From an uncultured Candidatus Saccharibacteria bacterium (GTDB lineage Bacteria > Patescibacteriota > Minisyncoccia > Phycocordibacterales > UBA5272), in NCBI GenBank assembly GCA_964544935.1, contig CAZJDZ010000006.1, forward strand, positions 1 to 58,116: a stretch of 58,116 bases of DNA. Reading direction: 5' to 3'. The translations under genes were made by a program, and so were the position numbers. This document shows, piece by piece, positions 34,840 to 43,727 of this stretch (its first letter is position 1; each line of letters begins with the position of its first letter). The notes beneath the pieces are model-generated. The model saw only the letters and a list, made by a program, of their open reading frames with translations. It ran no database searches and was not told where the DNA came from.

Positions 34840-34877
34840 AAAATGCCTGATGGTCTGGAACCATGCAGGCATTTTTT
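34840..34877 (+). terminator. Rho-independent terminator
   Basis: Stem atgcctgatgg / ccatgcaggcat followed by tttttt. Confidence 0.6.
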
Positions 34878-34918
34878 GTACTTTCTCTTTCCATAAAATC
34901 TGTTAGAATGAAAAGACT

Positions 34919-36328
34919 ATGCGTACATATATCAAAGACATTGCTTCATCTATTGGAAGCGAAATTATCGTAAAAGCTTGGGTTGATGTTCGACGTGATC
35001 AAGGGAAGATGGTCTTTCTTGATCTTCGTGATGTAACTGGAAAAGTCCAAGCGGTAGTACTTCCAAACCATGAAGAAGCACTTGTTGTTGCTCAAAAGCT
35101 TCGTACAGAATGGGTGGTAGAAGTGAAAGCTATTGTGAACAAGCGTCCGGAGAGAAACGTGAAGCAGGGAGTTATCAATGGAGATGTAGAGCTTGAGGTT
35201 CTTGCAATTGTTGTGCTTAATGAGTCATCTACTCCAGCATTTGATATTTCTACTGATGGATATGAAGTTGGAGAAGAAGTGCGTCTTGAAAAGAAATATC
35301 TTGATCTACGACGTGCGAGACTTCAGCGTAACATCAGTATGCGACACAAAGTCATTAAGCATGTACGTGACTCTCTTGATGCACAGAACTTTTTTGAAAT
35401 AGAGACACCGCTCCTTACTAACCCTACTCCAGAAGGATCACGATCATACCTTGTACCATCACGACTCTGGCAGGGGGCATTTTATGCGCTTCCTCAGTCT
35501 CCTCAGCAATATAAACAGCTCCTCATGTCTTCTGGTTTTGAGCGATACTTCCAGATCGCTAAGTGTATGCGTGATGAAGATACCAGAGGGGATCGTCAGC
35601 CAGAGTTCACTCAGATGGACCTTGAAATGAGTTTTGTAACACGCGAGGATGTCATGAAGGTGAACGAAGAGCTGCTCATTAGTATCGTCACAAAACTTTT
35701 CCCAGAGAAGAAGATTCAGCAGGTACCGTTCCCTATACTTACGTACAAGGAAGCAATGGAACAGTACAATTCTGATAAACCTGACCTTAGAGAAGATAAG
35801 CATGATCCTAATCTGCTTGCATTCTGTTGGGTAGTTGATTTTCCTGCATTTGAAAAAACAAGTGAAGACAATGTTGATGACACAGGGGCGTGGACATTTA
35901 CCCATAATCCATTCACGGGGGTGAAGGAGGAGTTTGTTGCTGATCTTCTTGAAAAGAAAAATATTGGAGAGATTGTTTCTACGCAGTATGATGTGGCACT
36001 CAATGGATACGAAATTGGAGGTGGGGGAATACGCCTACATAATCCAGTAGCACTCAGGCGAGTATTTGAAATCATGGGATACTCAGATGAGAGAATTGAG
36101 AGTAACTTTGGGCACATGTTAGAAGCACTCGGTGCAGGAACTCCTCCACACGGGGGTATCGCTTGGGGACTAGATAGACTCCTTATGATACTTCTTAATG
36201 AGCCAAATATCCGTGAGGTAATGGCATTTCCAAAGACAGGCGAGGGTAAGGACCTTCTCATGCAAGCACCGTCTCCTGCGGCTCCTAAGACGCTTAGAGA
36301 GCTAGGGATCGAAGTAAAGGCAAAGTAG
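34919..36328 (+). CDS. aspS: Aspartate--tRNA ligase, bacterial-type sequence lacking the GAD insertion domain
   Basis: OB-fold N-terminus, QSPQQYKQLLMSSGFERYFQIAKCMRDEDTRGDRQPEFTQMDLEMSF (motif 2), then DKPDLRED...CWVVDFPAFE joined directly. Motif 3 reads GGGGIRLH...PPHGGIAWGLDRL. Confidence 0.93.
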   Translation: MRTYIKDIASSIGSEIIVKAWVDVRRDQGKMVFLDLRDVTGKVQAVVLPNHEEALVVAQKLRTEWVVEVKAIVNKRPERNVKQGVINGDVELEVLAIVVLNESSTPAFDISTDGYEVGEEVRLEKKYLDLRRARLQRNISMRHKVIKHVRDSLDAQNFFEIETPLLTNPTPEGSRSYLVPSRLWQGAFYALPQSPQQYKQLLMSSGFERYFQIAKCMRDEDTRGDRQPEFTQMDLEMSFVTREDVMKVNEELLISIVTKLFPEKKIQQVPFPILTYKEAMEQYNSDKPDLREDKHDPNLLAFCWVVDFPAFEKTSEDNVDDTGAWTFTHNPFTGVKEEFVADLLEKKNIGEIVSTQYDVALNGYEIGGGGIRLHNPVALRRVFEIMGYSDERIESNFGHMLEALGAGTPPHGGIAWGLDRLLMILLNEPNIREVMAFPKTGEGKDLLMQAPSPAAPKTLRELGIEVKAK

Positions 36329-36361
36329 AGATACAGGGAATAGAATATAGGTACTAGATGA

Positions 36362-36400
36362 AAGTAAATACCAGCGGCCGAAGGCCGCTGGTATTTACTT
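36362..36400 (+). terminator. Rho-independent terminator (18-bp stem)
   Basis: Arm aagtaaataccagcggcc, loop gaa, arm ggccgctggtatttactt. Confidence 0.8.
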
Positions 36401-36456
36401 ATATTAAAATTTATTGTATAATAAATTTCTTGTTCATTGCAATTCAGAGGATACAA

Positions 36457-36882
36457 ATGAAAGAATTTTTTGTAGGCCTTATGATTCCCCTTCTTTCGAT
36501 TGATGTAACAGCACAAGCCAGAAAGTGCCCACCAGAAGCAATTCTCGAAGCTCGCTGTCATCAGGTTCCAGAACAACAGATGCAACCGCTTCCAGAAAAA
36601 AAGAAACAAAAAAGGGTTGTTGCTGTCGGTGAGTTCATGCCTGGAGAAGGCTGTCTCGCAGGGTTCAGACGGCTCGGGTATACGGTCACCGTTGCTCAGT
36701 GTCAGAAAGCTGCCAAAGAAAGTTCACTCGGAGTGCTATGGGTCGAAGATCCCAAAAAACCTTCCCAACCAGATACACTTGTTGTTGACGTTCAGCCTGG
36801 AGAACCTTTTGTCGTTCTTGAGGCAAGAGGAGTCAAAGCAACCAAAATCAAGCTGTACAAGAGGCCGAAGAGCCCCTCGTAA
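36457..36882 (+). CDS. Small secreted Cys-containing protein (141 aa), visibly more GC-rich than its neighbours
   Basis: AGAGGA RBS at 36446 with the ATG at 36457. Signal-like MKEFFVGLMIPLLSIDVTAQA and four Cys. The longer listed ORF start (36358) would include the aspS terminator. Confidence 0.55.
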   Translation: MKEFFVGLMIPLLSIDVTAQARKCPPEAILEARCHQVPEQQMQPLPEKKKQKRVVAVGEFMPGEGCLAGFRRLGYTVTVAQCQKAAKESSLGVLWVEDPKKPSQPDTLVVDVQPGEPFVVLEARGVKATKIKLYKRPKSPS

Positions 36883-36889
36883 GTCAACC

Positions 36890-36928
36890 TTGCCGCTACA
36901 GAATACAACTGTGGCGGCAAACTTTTTA
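36890..36928 (+). terminator. Rho-independent terminator
   Basis: Stem ttgccgctacag / ctgtggcggcaa (one G-U pair) followed by actttttat. Confidence 0.55.
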
Positions 36929-36952
36929 TGGTATTATACATATATACTTACA

Positions 36953-38119
36953 ATGAAAAAATATGTAGCATTTATATTTTTAATATGTTTTTCTCTACAA
37001 ACTGCAACTGCAGTTACTGTGACGACTTTTGACAAAGCTATATGGATACCATATTGGAGAAAGACAGAAGGGGCAAGTACAACACTTCAGAATCTAAATA
37101 CACTCACACAGATCAGCCCTTTTGCTTTTGAGTTACAAAGTGACGGAAGTATCAAGAACGCACTGAGACTAGAAGCAGAACCATGGACAACACTCATAGC
37201 AGAGGCAAAGAAAAAAAATCAACCTGGACGGCCTGCGATGGGAATAAAAATATACCCAAGTATTCTGTCGTACCCTCAAAATGAAACTGCAAAGTATGAA
37301 TTCTGGCTTCTCATGGCTCAACGCGCGAGAAGAGCAGCTCATGTAAAAGAGATTGTTGCGCTTGTGAAGAAATATAATGTTGACGGTATTGATATTGACT
37401 ATGAGAATAAGAGTGCAGAGACACGACCTTACTTTTCTGCATTTTTGAAAGAACTTTCGCTTGCACTTCATAAAGAAAAGAAGCAGCTTATCTGTACTAT
37501 AGAGGCCCGTACACCTCCTGAGAGTAGATACGCTACGACTTCAAAAGAAATTCTCGCAAGAGTCGAATACTCAAATGACTACAAAGCGATCGGTACCGTG
37601 TGTGATCAAGTGCGTATCATGGCGTATGATCAAGCAGGAGATGACCGCAAGCTTGTTAACCAAAACGCAGCTCTTGGAAATACGTACAAACCTGTTGCAG
37701 ATATCGATTGGGTAGAAAAAATCGCAACAGTTGCACTCCGTGATATCCCTGCAAAAAAAATAATTCTCGGTATTCCAACATATGGGTATAAATATGAAAT
37801 CAAATCTCAACCGGGAACCTCTACAGTTACCTATAGTCGTATAGGTTCGATGAACTTTAATTATGCAGATGCGCTTGCAAAGAGTTTGAATATTACACCT
37901 ACCCGCAATTCAGCAGGCGAACTTAGTTTTACGTATTCTACATCAACAGATATAGAGGGTAACCCACTTGGAAGCACTAAGCAGTACCTTGTCTGGTACT
38001 CTGATGCTCAAGCTATTGCTGATAAAGTGCGAATCGCAAAATTATACAAGTTAGGTGGTGTTGTTATTTTCAAAATAGATGGAGGTAACGACCCAAAGGT
38101 TTGGCAAGTGCTTAAGTAA
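36953..38119 (+). CDS. Secreted glycoside hydrolase family 18 protein (chitinase / YaaH-like)
   Basis: Signal peptide MKKYVAFIFLICFSLQTATA and the catalytic DxxDxDxE motif (VDGIDIDYEN). The ATG at 36953 is preferred over the listed 36617 start. Confidence 0.8.
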   Translation: MKKYVAFIFLICFSLQTATAVTVTTFDKAIWIPYWRKTEGASTTLQNLNTLTQISPFAFELQSDGSIKNALRLEAEPWTTLIAEAKKKNQPGRPAMGIKIYPSILSYPQNETAKYEFWLLMAQRARRAAHVKEIVALVKKYNVDGIDIDYENKSAETRPYFSAFLKELSLALHKEKKQLICTIEARTPPESRYATTSKEILARVEYSNDYKAIGTVCDQVRIMAYDQAGDDRKLVNQNAALGNTYKPVADIDWVEKIATVALRDIPAKKIILGIPTYGYKYEIKSQPGTSTVTYSRIGSMNFNYADALAKSLNITPTRNSAGELSFTYSTSTDIEGNPLGSTKQYLVWYSDAQAIADKVRIAKLYKLGGVVIFKIDGGNDPKVWQVLK

Positions 38120-38176
38120 AAGGGGTACCCATGTATTCCCTAGTCTGGTATCAAGAGGGATTGTATACTGTCTAGT

Positions 38177-38920
38177 ATGGAATTTACTATTAAGCTTGAT
38201 CGTTACGAAGGACCATATACGAAACTTCTCGATCTTATCAGTTCTCGTAAGCTTTCGATAACCGAAGTAACACTTGCAACTGTAGCTGATGATTACATAG
38301 CATACATACGCTCTCTTGATCAAAAAAATATCATCGATATTTCACAATTTATTGTAGTTGCTTCTACGCTCATGCTCATCAAAGCAAAGTCACTACTTCC
38401 TGGGGTTGTGTTTACAGAAGAGGAGGAAAAGCAAGTGCATGATCTTGAGCATAAGCTTGAGTTGTATGCACTTCTTGTGGAAGCATCTTCACAAGTAAGA
38501 CAGGTATACGGAAAGAATCAGCTTTTTACACGACCCCATATTCTACAGAAGAATTTAGTTGTTTTTGTTCCTGATGAACGAGTCACTCAAGCATTTCTAC
38601 AGTCTATTATCTCACTCACACTACGCTCATTTATTGCACCAAAAGCACTCACTGCTGTTGCTGTTGAACAAACGCTTCGTCTCGAAACAGTTATAGAAAA
38701 TCTTCTCACTCGTATACAAAACACACAAGCAGTAAGCCTGCAGTCACTTGCAGAAAATGGCACAACTAAAGAAGAACAGAAAAAACTACTCATTGTTAAT
38801 TTTATTGCACTCCTAGAGTTGTTACGTACAGGGTCAATTGGTGTTGAACAGCATGCAGACGGCGGAGATATTACAATTCTGAGTACTAACACCACATTCG
38901 GTGCAAAGACTGCTTCCTAA
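38177..38920 (+). CDS. scpA: Segregation and condensation protein A (kleisin)
   Basis: FEGPYTKLLDLISSRKLSITEVTLATVADDYIAYI... and it immediately precedes scpB. Confidence 0.85.
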   Translation: MEFTIKLDRYEGPYTKLLDLISSRKLSITEVTLATVADDYIAYIRSLDQKNIIDISQFIVVASTLMLIKAKSLLPGVVFTEEEEKQVHDLEHKLELYALLVEASSQVRQVYGKNQLFTRPHILQKNLVVFVPDERVTQAFLQSIISLTLRSFIAPKALTAVAVEQTLRLETVIENLLTRIQNTQAVSLQSLAENGTTKEEQKKLLIVNFIALLELLRTGSIGVEQHADGGDITILSTNTTFGAKTAS

Positions 38921-38955
38921 ATTCTTTGTGATACACTAGAACATATTTATACACT

Positions 38956-39462
38956 ATGCTTGAAAAAGTCATCACCCTTCTTTTTTTATCAGGAGATCCA
39001 ATTGCTACAAAGAAACTTGCTCAATTTCTTCAAATTTCTGAACAAGAGATTATAGAAAATGCTCCATTTGTAAAATCAAAGTTAGAAGAAATTGGACTCA
39101 CACTTCTTGTTAGTAATGAGGGACTTTCAATAGCTACTAAACCAGAGCAAGCTGCACTTCTTGAAAGTTGGACAAAAACAGAACTACAAGGGGAGCTTAC
39201 TCCGGCGGCGCTACAGGTTCTCACACTTGTTGCGTATCTTGGATATCCAACACGGGAACAAATTTCATATATTCGTGGAGTGCAGTCATCACAGTCAATT
39301 CGCACTCTTGCGGTACGAGGACTTATCACCCGTGTAGGAGAGATATGTTCTCTTACAGCTGATTCACTTAAGCAGCTTGGAATTACTAAGGTAGAAGACC
39401 TGCCAGACTATCAAAAGATGCATGCTGATTTATTAGAAAAATTACAATCCCGTAATCTGTAA
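38956..39462 (+). CDS. scpB: Segregation and condensation protein B
   Basis: ITLLFLSGDPIATKKLAQFL...LSPAALQVLTLVAYLGYPTREQISYIRGVQSSQSIRTLAVRGLI. Confidence 0.85.
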   Translation: MLEKVITLLFLSGDPIATKKLAQFLQISEQEIIENAPFVKSKLEEIGLTLLVSNEGLSIATKPEQAALLESWTKTELQGELTPAALQVLTLVAYLGYPTREQISYIRGVQSSQSIRTLAVRGLITRVGEICSLTADSLKQLGITKVEDLPDYQKMHADLLEKLQSRNL

Positions 39463-39469
39463 AATATGT

Positions 39470-40393
39470 ATGGTGCGTAAAGCAAACAATGAACATTTTT
39501 CGTTTCTGTATATCTACCTATTCTCAGTAGTGGGGGTTATATTTTTAGCGATGTTTAGTATTGCTACTAATCATCAAAAACAAAAATCACAAGTAGTCAC
39601 AATCACACAAGCACCAATTATTCTTTTTAATACTAATGTGTTTAAAAATATTCAGATAGAAGGTAAGGCATTTGTTGTGTATGATCTTGTTGATCAAAAA
39701 GTTCTTGCCTCAAAAAATGGAACTACTACACTCCCTCTTGCAAGTCTGAGTAAAGTAATGACCGCAGTGAGTGCAACACTACATACAAGTAAAGACACTA
39801 TGATACCTATTACTCCAGAAAGTATTGAGGGTGGATATGATTTTGGTTTAGCGCAAGGACAAGTGTGGTCATTACGTGAACTTTTAAAATATACGCTTAT
39901 TATTTCTTCTAATGATGGAGCAAGTGTTGTTGCAGATAGTTTCGGGGGGAAAAAAGTATTTTTAGACCAGATGAACAAAGATGCGCAAGATCTCGGACTC
40001 AATCTTTTTTTTACTGATCCAGCAGGCAGAGATGTAGGAGACGCAATTGGTGGGAAAGGAGATGCGTATGATGTTGCAAAATTATTTGGTATTGCACGCC
40101 AAAGAATTCCTGAGATACTCGATGCTACAACACGAAAACGCGAAACCGTAGCAACAACTAAAGGTAAGCTCTCAGGAATACCAAACACCAACCAAACAAT
40201 AGAATCATACCCAGGAGCTGAAGCGTCAAAGACAGGGTTTACTGATATGGCCGGAGGAAATCTCGGGGTTATTGTTGATGTCAGTGTTGGGCGTCCTATT
40301 GTTATTATTGTATTAGGTTCTACACGAGAAGGGAGGTTCCGCGATGTGGAGATTTTGTATCAAACCCTTAAACAAAGCCTATATCATAACTAA
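39470..40393 (+). CDS. D-alanyl-D-alanine carboxypeptidase (serine-type, S11 PBP)
   Basis: SxxK (ASLSKVMT), SxN (SSNDGA) and KTG (SKTGFTD) motifs, with an N-terminal membrane anchor. Confidence 0.8.
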   Translation: MVRKANNEHFSFLYIYLFSVVGVIFLAMFSIATNHQKQKSQVVTITQAPIILFNTNVFKNIQIEGKAFVVYDLVDQKVLASKNGTTTLPLASLSKVMTAVSATLHTSKDTMIPITPESIEGGYDFGLAQGQVWSLRELLKYTLIISSNDGASVVADSFGGKKVFLDQMNKDAQDLGLNLFFTDPAGRDVGDAIGGKGDAYDVAKLFGIARQRIPEILDATTRKRETVATTKGKLSGIPNTNQTIESYPGAEASKTGFTDMAGGNLGVIVDVSVGRPIVIIVLGSTREGRFRDVEILYQTLKQSLYHN

Positions 40394-40435
40394 CAGGTCC
40401 CTCCTGAAGGATGTGGTATACTTTCAGTATATTTT

Positions 40436-41506
40436 ATGACAGTTCTTGAACCAGCTAAAGCCCTTCTTCCGGCCGTTGTTTCTTTTGCAGTAGGTTTTTC
40501 TGTAGCTCCTTTGATAGGTGCTTTTCTGGTTAAACATAAGGTTTGGAAGAAGAAAAATGTTTACAAAACAATTGACGGTAAAGAAGCAACAATTACCGCA
40601 TCGCTCCACAATGATGAAAAGGAGCCAGTTCCTCGTATGGGGGGTATTGTTGTCTGGTTCTCTGTTTTTGTAACAGCACTTATTTTTTGGGGTCTTTCCA
40701 AAATATATCCAACAGTAACAACAGAAAAGCTTGATTTTATTTCTCGTAAACAAACATGGCTTCCGCTTTTTGCTATGTTTGTTGGTGCTGTTGTTGGAGG
40801 AATAGATGATCTGTTGGTTACAGAAGTTGTTAAAAATAAATTCGGTTCGTATGTCGGTGGAGGGCTCTCATTTCCTATACGACTCCTTGCAGTATCTTCA
40901 CTTGGATTTTTTGCTGGGTGGTGGTTTTTTGTAAAACTTGGAATTGATTATGTATATTTGCCTTTCTATGGCGATTTTCATCTAGGAGGATTTTTATTTA
41001 TTCTGTTTTTTATTATTGTGACACTCGCCACGTTTTCAACAGGGGTTATTGACGGGGTTGATGGGCTTTCAGGAGGGGTAACTTCTGCAGTGTTTACTGC
41101 GTATGGGATTATCGCATATGTACATGGTCAAGTTGATATTGCAGCACTCTGCTTTGTTATTGTTGGAGGAATTATGGCATTTCTCTGGTTCAATATCCCT
41201 CCCGCCCTTTTTTATCTTACGGAAACGGGAATGCTTTCACTTTCGCTTGCTCTGTCAGTAATAGCATTTCTTACTGATGCTGTTATTTATTTACCAATCA
41301 TTGCATTCCCCCTTGTTATTACAACACTCTCGGTTATCTTGCAGCTTTTTTGGAAAAAGTTTTTTAAGCGTAAATTATTTTTGGTGGCACCACTGCATCA
41401 TCATTTTCAGGCAAAGGGTTGGCCTGCAGCAAAAGTTACTATGCGCTACTGGATTGTGTCATATATTTGTGCTGTGCTCGGTGTTGTAATAGCTCTCATT
41501 AGTTAA
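40436..41506 (+). CDS. mraY: Phospho-N-acetylmuramoyl-pentapeptide transferase
   Basis: Ten-TM profile with PRMGGIVVW, GGIDDL, IDGVDGL and APLHHHFQ motifs. Confidence 0.92.
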   Translation: MTVLEPAKALLPAVVSFAVGFSVAPLIGAFLVKHKVWKKKNVYKTIDGKEATITASLHNDEKEPVPRMGGIVVWFSVFVTALIFWGLSKIYPTVTTEKLDFISRKQTWLPLFAMFVGAVVGGIDDLLVTEVVKNKFGSYVGGGLSFPIRLLAVSSLGFFAGWWFFVKLGIDYVYLPFYGDFHLGGFLFILFFIIVTLATFSTGVIDGVDGLSGGVTSAVFTAYGIIAYVHGQVDIAALCFVIVGGIMAFLWFNIPPALFYLTETGMLSLSLALSVIAFLTDAVIYLPIIAFPLVITTLSVILQLFWKKFFKRKLFLVAPLHHHFQAKGWPAAKVTMRYWIVSYICAVLGVVIALIS

Positions 41507-41508
41507 AT

Positions 41509-42609
41509 ATGTTTGAAAGAGTAGACAAGCCACTTTTTTTTACTGTTATCATTCTCCTTTTTTCTGGTCTTATTATTTTTGGATCAGCTGCACTCGGGGT
41601 TCTTGCAAGTAATGAAATAAAATTTTTTAATGTTGTTAAAACACAGCTTGTCTATGCGCTTATCGGAGGAGGGTTTGCTCTTTGCTTAGGGATACTTATT
41701 CCTCATGACTTTTATCGAAAATATGCATACTTTCTTTTTGGAATAGCTCTTGTACTTACGCTTCTTGTTTTTGTTCCAGGGCTTTCTCGATATCATGGAG
41801 GAGCACACAGATGGCTTGATCTTGGGTCCTTCTCTGTTCAGCCAAGTGAAATGTTAAAATTTTCTTTTGTTGGTCTTGTTGCATTTTGGTGTACTCATTA
41901 TCGTAATCAATTTAAAAATTGGAAGTATGGACTTCTCCCATACCTCCTCTCTCTTGGTGTTGTGAGTGCTGTACTCCTTGCGCAGCCTGATTTTGGAACA
42001 TATCTTGTGATTATTGGTGCATCTTTTATTACCTATTTTGTAGGAGGTGCAAGAAAAAGACATATTCAGTATTTATTTTTGTGCGGAATTGTAGGGTTTA
42101 TGGTTTTGCTCCTCGTACGACCATATATGCTCGAACGTGTTAAAACATTTTTCAATAATGAACATGACCCACGAGGGTCCTCTTGGCAGCTTAACCAGTC
42201 ACTTATCGCTCTTGGTGGAGGTGGTTTAACGGGGCGAGGGCTTGGTCAAAGTGTACAAAAATTCAACTATCTTCCTGAGCCAATTGGTGACTCCATTTTT
42301 GCCGTACTCGGTGAAGAATTGGGATTTTTTGGAGCAGTGTATCTCATCATACTGTATGCTATAGTAAGTGTACGGGGATATGTTATAGCAAAAACCGCAG
42401 GGGATCAATTTGGAAGACTTCTTGCTTCTGGAATTGTTTCAATCATTCTTATTCAGGCAACACTGAATATTGGATCAATGCTCGGAATTTTACCACTCAC
42501 AGGAGTTCCGTTGCCTCTTATTTCCCATGGAGGGACGGCGCTTATGGTGGCACTGTTTGAGCTAGGGGTATTGCTTAACATTTCTAAATCAACGAATAAT
42601 TATTTATGA
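41509..42609 (+). CDS. ftsW: SEDS-family peptidoglycan polymerase FtsW/RodA
   Basis: FSVQPSEMLKF, QPDFGT, LPEPIGDSIFAVLGEELGFFG and PLTGVPLPLISHGGT motifs. It lies between mraY and murG. Confidence 0.85.
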   Translation: MFERVDKPLFFTVIILLFSGLIIFGSAALGVLASNEIKFFNVVKTQLVYALIGGGFALCLGILIPHDFYRKYAYFLFGIALVLTLLVFVPGLSRYHGGAHRWLDLGSFSVQPSEMLKFSFVGLVAFWCTHYRNQFKNWKYGLLPYLLSLGVVSAVLLAQPDFGTYLVIIGASFITYFVGGARKRHIQYLFLCGIVGFMVLLLVRPYMLERVKTFFNNEHDPRGSSWQLNQSLIALGGGGLTGRGLGQSVQKFNYLPEPIGDSIFAVLGEELGFFGAVYLIILYAIVSVRGYVIAKTAGDQFGRLLASGIVSIILIQATLNIGSMLGILPLTGVPLPLISHGGTALMVALFELGVLLNISKSTNNYL

Positions 42610-43715
42610 AAATAGTAATCACAGGTGCAGGAGGGGGGCATTTTTATCCGCTAATTGCGGTTGCTGAACGTGTACGTAAAGAGACTTTTGTTCAAAAAAT
42701 TGAGCAACCTGAAATTTATTTTTTTTCTGATAAACCGTATGATGAAGAAGCCCTTTTTTCTATCAATTGTAAATTCATTCAAATTCCAGCAGGGAAGCTA
42801 CGAGTATATCCATCAATAGAAACAATTAAAGATATTTTCAAAACAATATGGGGTTGTTTTGTGGCGATCGGTAAGCTGTACGCTATATATCCAGATGTTG
42901 TTTTTGCAAAAGGGGGGTATGCTAGTTTCCCTACGCTTCTTGCTGCAAAAATTCTCTCTATTCCGGTGATTGTGCATGAGAGTGATACTGTCCCTGGAAG
43001 AACAACTGTGTGGGCTGGTAAATTTGCACTTCGTGTAGCACTCTCATATCAAGAAGCTGTGCCATTTTATCCACAAGAAAAAGTAGCACTCACAGGACAG
43101 CCTATACGAGACAATCTACTTCCTCCTGTAGATTTTACAAGAGTTTATACAAAAAAAGAACGCCCTGTTATCCTTATTGTTGGGGGTTCACAAGGAAGTC
43201 AAAAGATTAACACGGTTATCCTCCAGATTCTTCCTGTGCTCCTTAATACCTGTGATGTAGTTCATCAGGCTGGAAAGGAAAATTTTGAAGAAGTTAAAGA
43301 AGCTGCTAAAAAGATTTTAGAAGGTCATGAATTTAAAGATAGATACTATGTTGATGGGTTTATAGACACAGGAATATTTTATCCAAAAGTTGATCTTGTC
43401 ATTACTCGTGCTGGGTCCGCCATGTTTGAAATGGTTCTCTGGCAGCTTCCGATGATTGTTGTCCCTATTCCAGAAGATATTAGTAGAGATCAACGAAGTA
43501 ATGCATACGCTATGGCTTCTCACGGATTTGCTTCTGTGCTAGAGGAGAATAATTTAAGTGCAAACATCCTTATGTCTATGATTACAAGAATTCTTGACGA
43601 AGAAAAAACATACATGGGGATGATACACAACAGTGAACAGTTTAATAATTCCTTTACAGCAGCAACAGTTATTGCTCGAGAGCTTGTGCGCATCGGGTTA
43701 AGTCACAAACAATAA
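42606..43715 (+). CDS. murG: UDP-N-acetylglucosamine--N-acetylmuramyl-(pentapeptide) pyrophosphoryl-undecaprenol GlcNAc transferase
   Basis: ITGAGGGHFYPLIAVAE, HESDTVPG, GGSQGS and ITRAGSAMFEM motifs. It overlaps the ftsW stop (ATGA). Confidence 0.9.
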   Translation: MKIVITGAGGGHFYPLIAVAERVRKETFVQKIEQPEIYFFSDKPYDEEALFSINCKFIQIPAGKLRVYPSIETIKDIFKTIWGCFVAIGKLYAIYPDVVFAKGGYASFPTLLAAKILSIPVIVHESDTVPGRTTVWAGKFALRVALSYQEAVPFYPQEKVALTGQPIRDNLLPPVDFTRVYTKKERPVILIVGGSQGSQKINTVILQILPVLLNTCDVVHQAGKENFEEVKEAAKKILEGHEFKDRYYVDGFIDTGIFYPKVDLVITRAGSAMFEMVLWQLPMIVVPIPEDISRDQRSNAYAMASHGFASVLEENNLSANILMSMITRILDEEKTYMGMIHNSEQFNNSFTAATVIARELVRIGLSHKQ

Positions 43716-43727
43716 GTATACAAATAT

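Noticed and set aside
34804-34918. T-box or other leader riboswitch upstream of aspS (also checked for alaS, trpS, gltX and proS)
   Set aside because: Upstream spacers are 12-115 nt, too short for a T-box. The aspS spacer is explained by a terminator of the preceding gene.
36358-36456. Upstream extension of the 36457..36882 ORF
   Set aside because: The extension would encode the aspS terminator hairpin. A purine-rich RBS and an ATG at 36457 give a signal-peptide start.
35716-36609. 297-aa minus-strand ORF, the longest unexplained ORF in the track
   Set aside because: It is antisense to the 3' half of aspS and runs across the aspS terminator. The Ser/Pro-rich translation has no recognisable features, and aspS on the plus strand is unambiguous.
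36617-36952. N-terminal 112-aa extension of the GH18 ORF
   Set aside because: It overlaps the 36457..36882 gene in another frame and crosses its terminator. The internal ATG at 36953 starts a textbook signal peptide (MKKYVAFIFLICFSLQTATA).
39694-40191. 165-aa minus-strand ORF
   Set aside because: It is antisense to the D,D-carboxypeptidase gene, which carries SxxK/SxN/KTG motifs in the plus frame.
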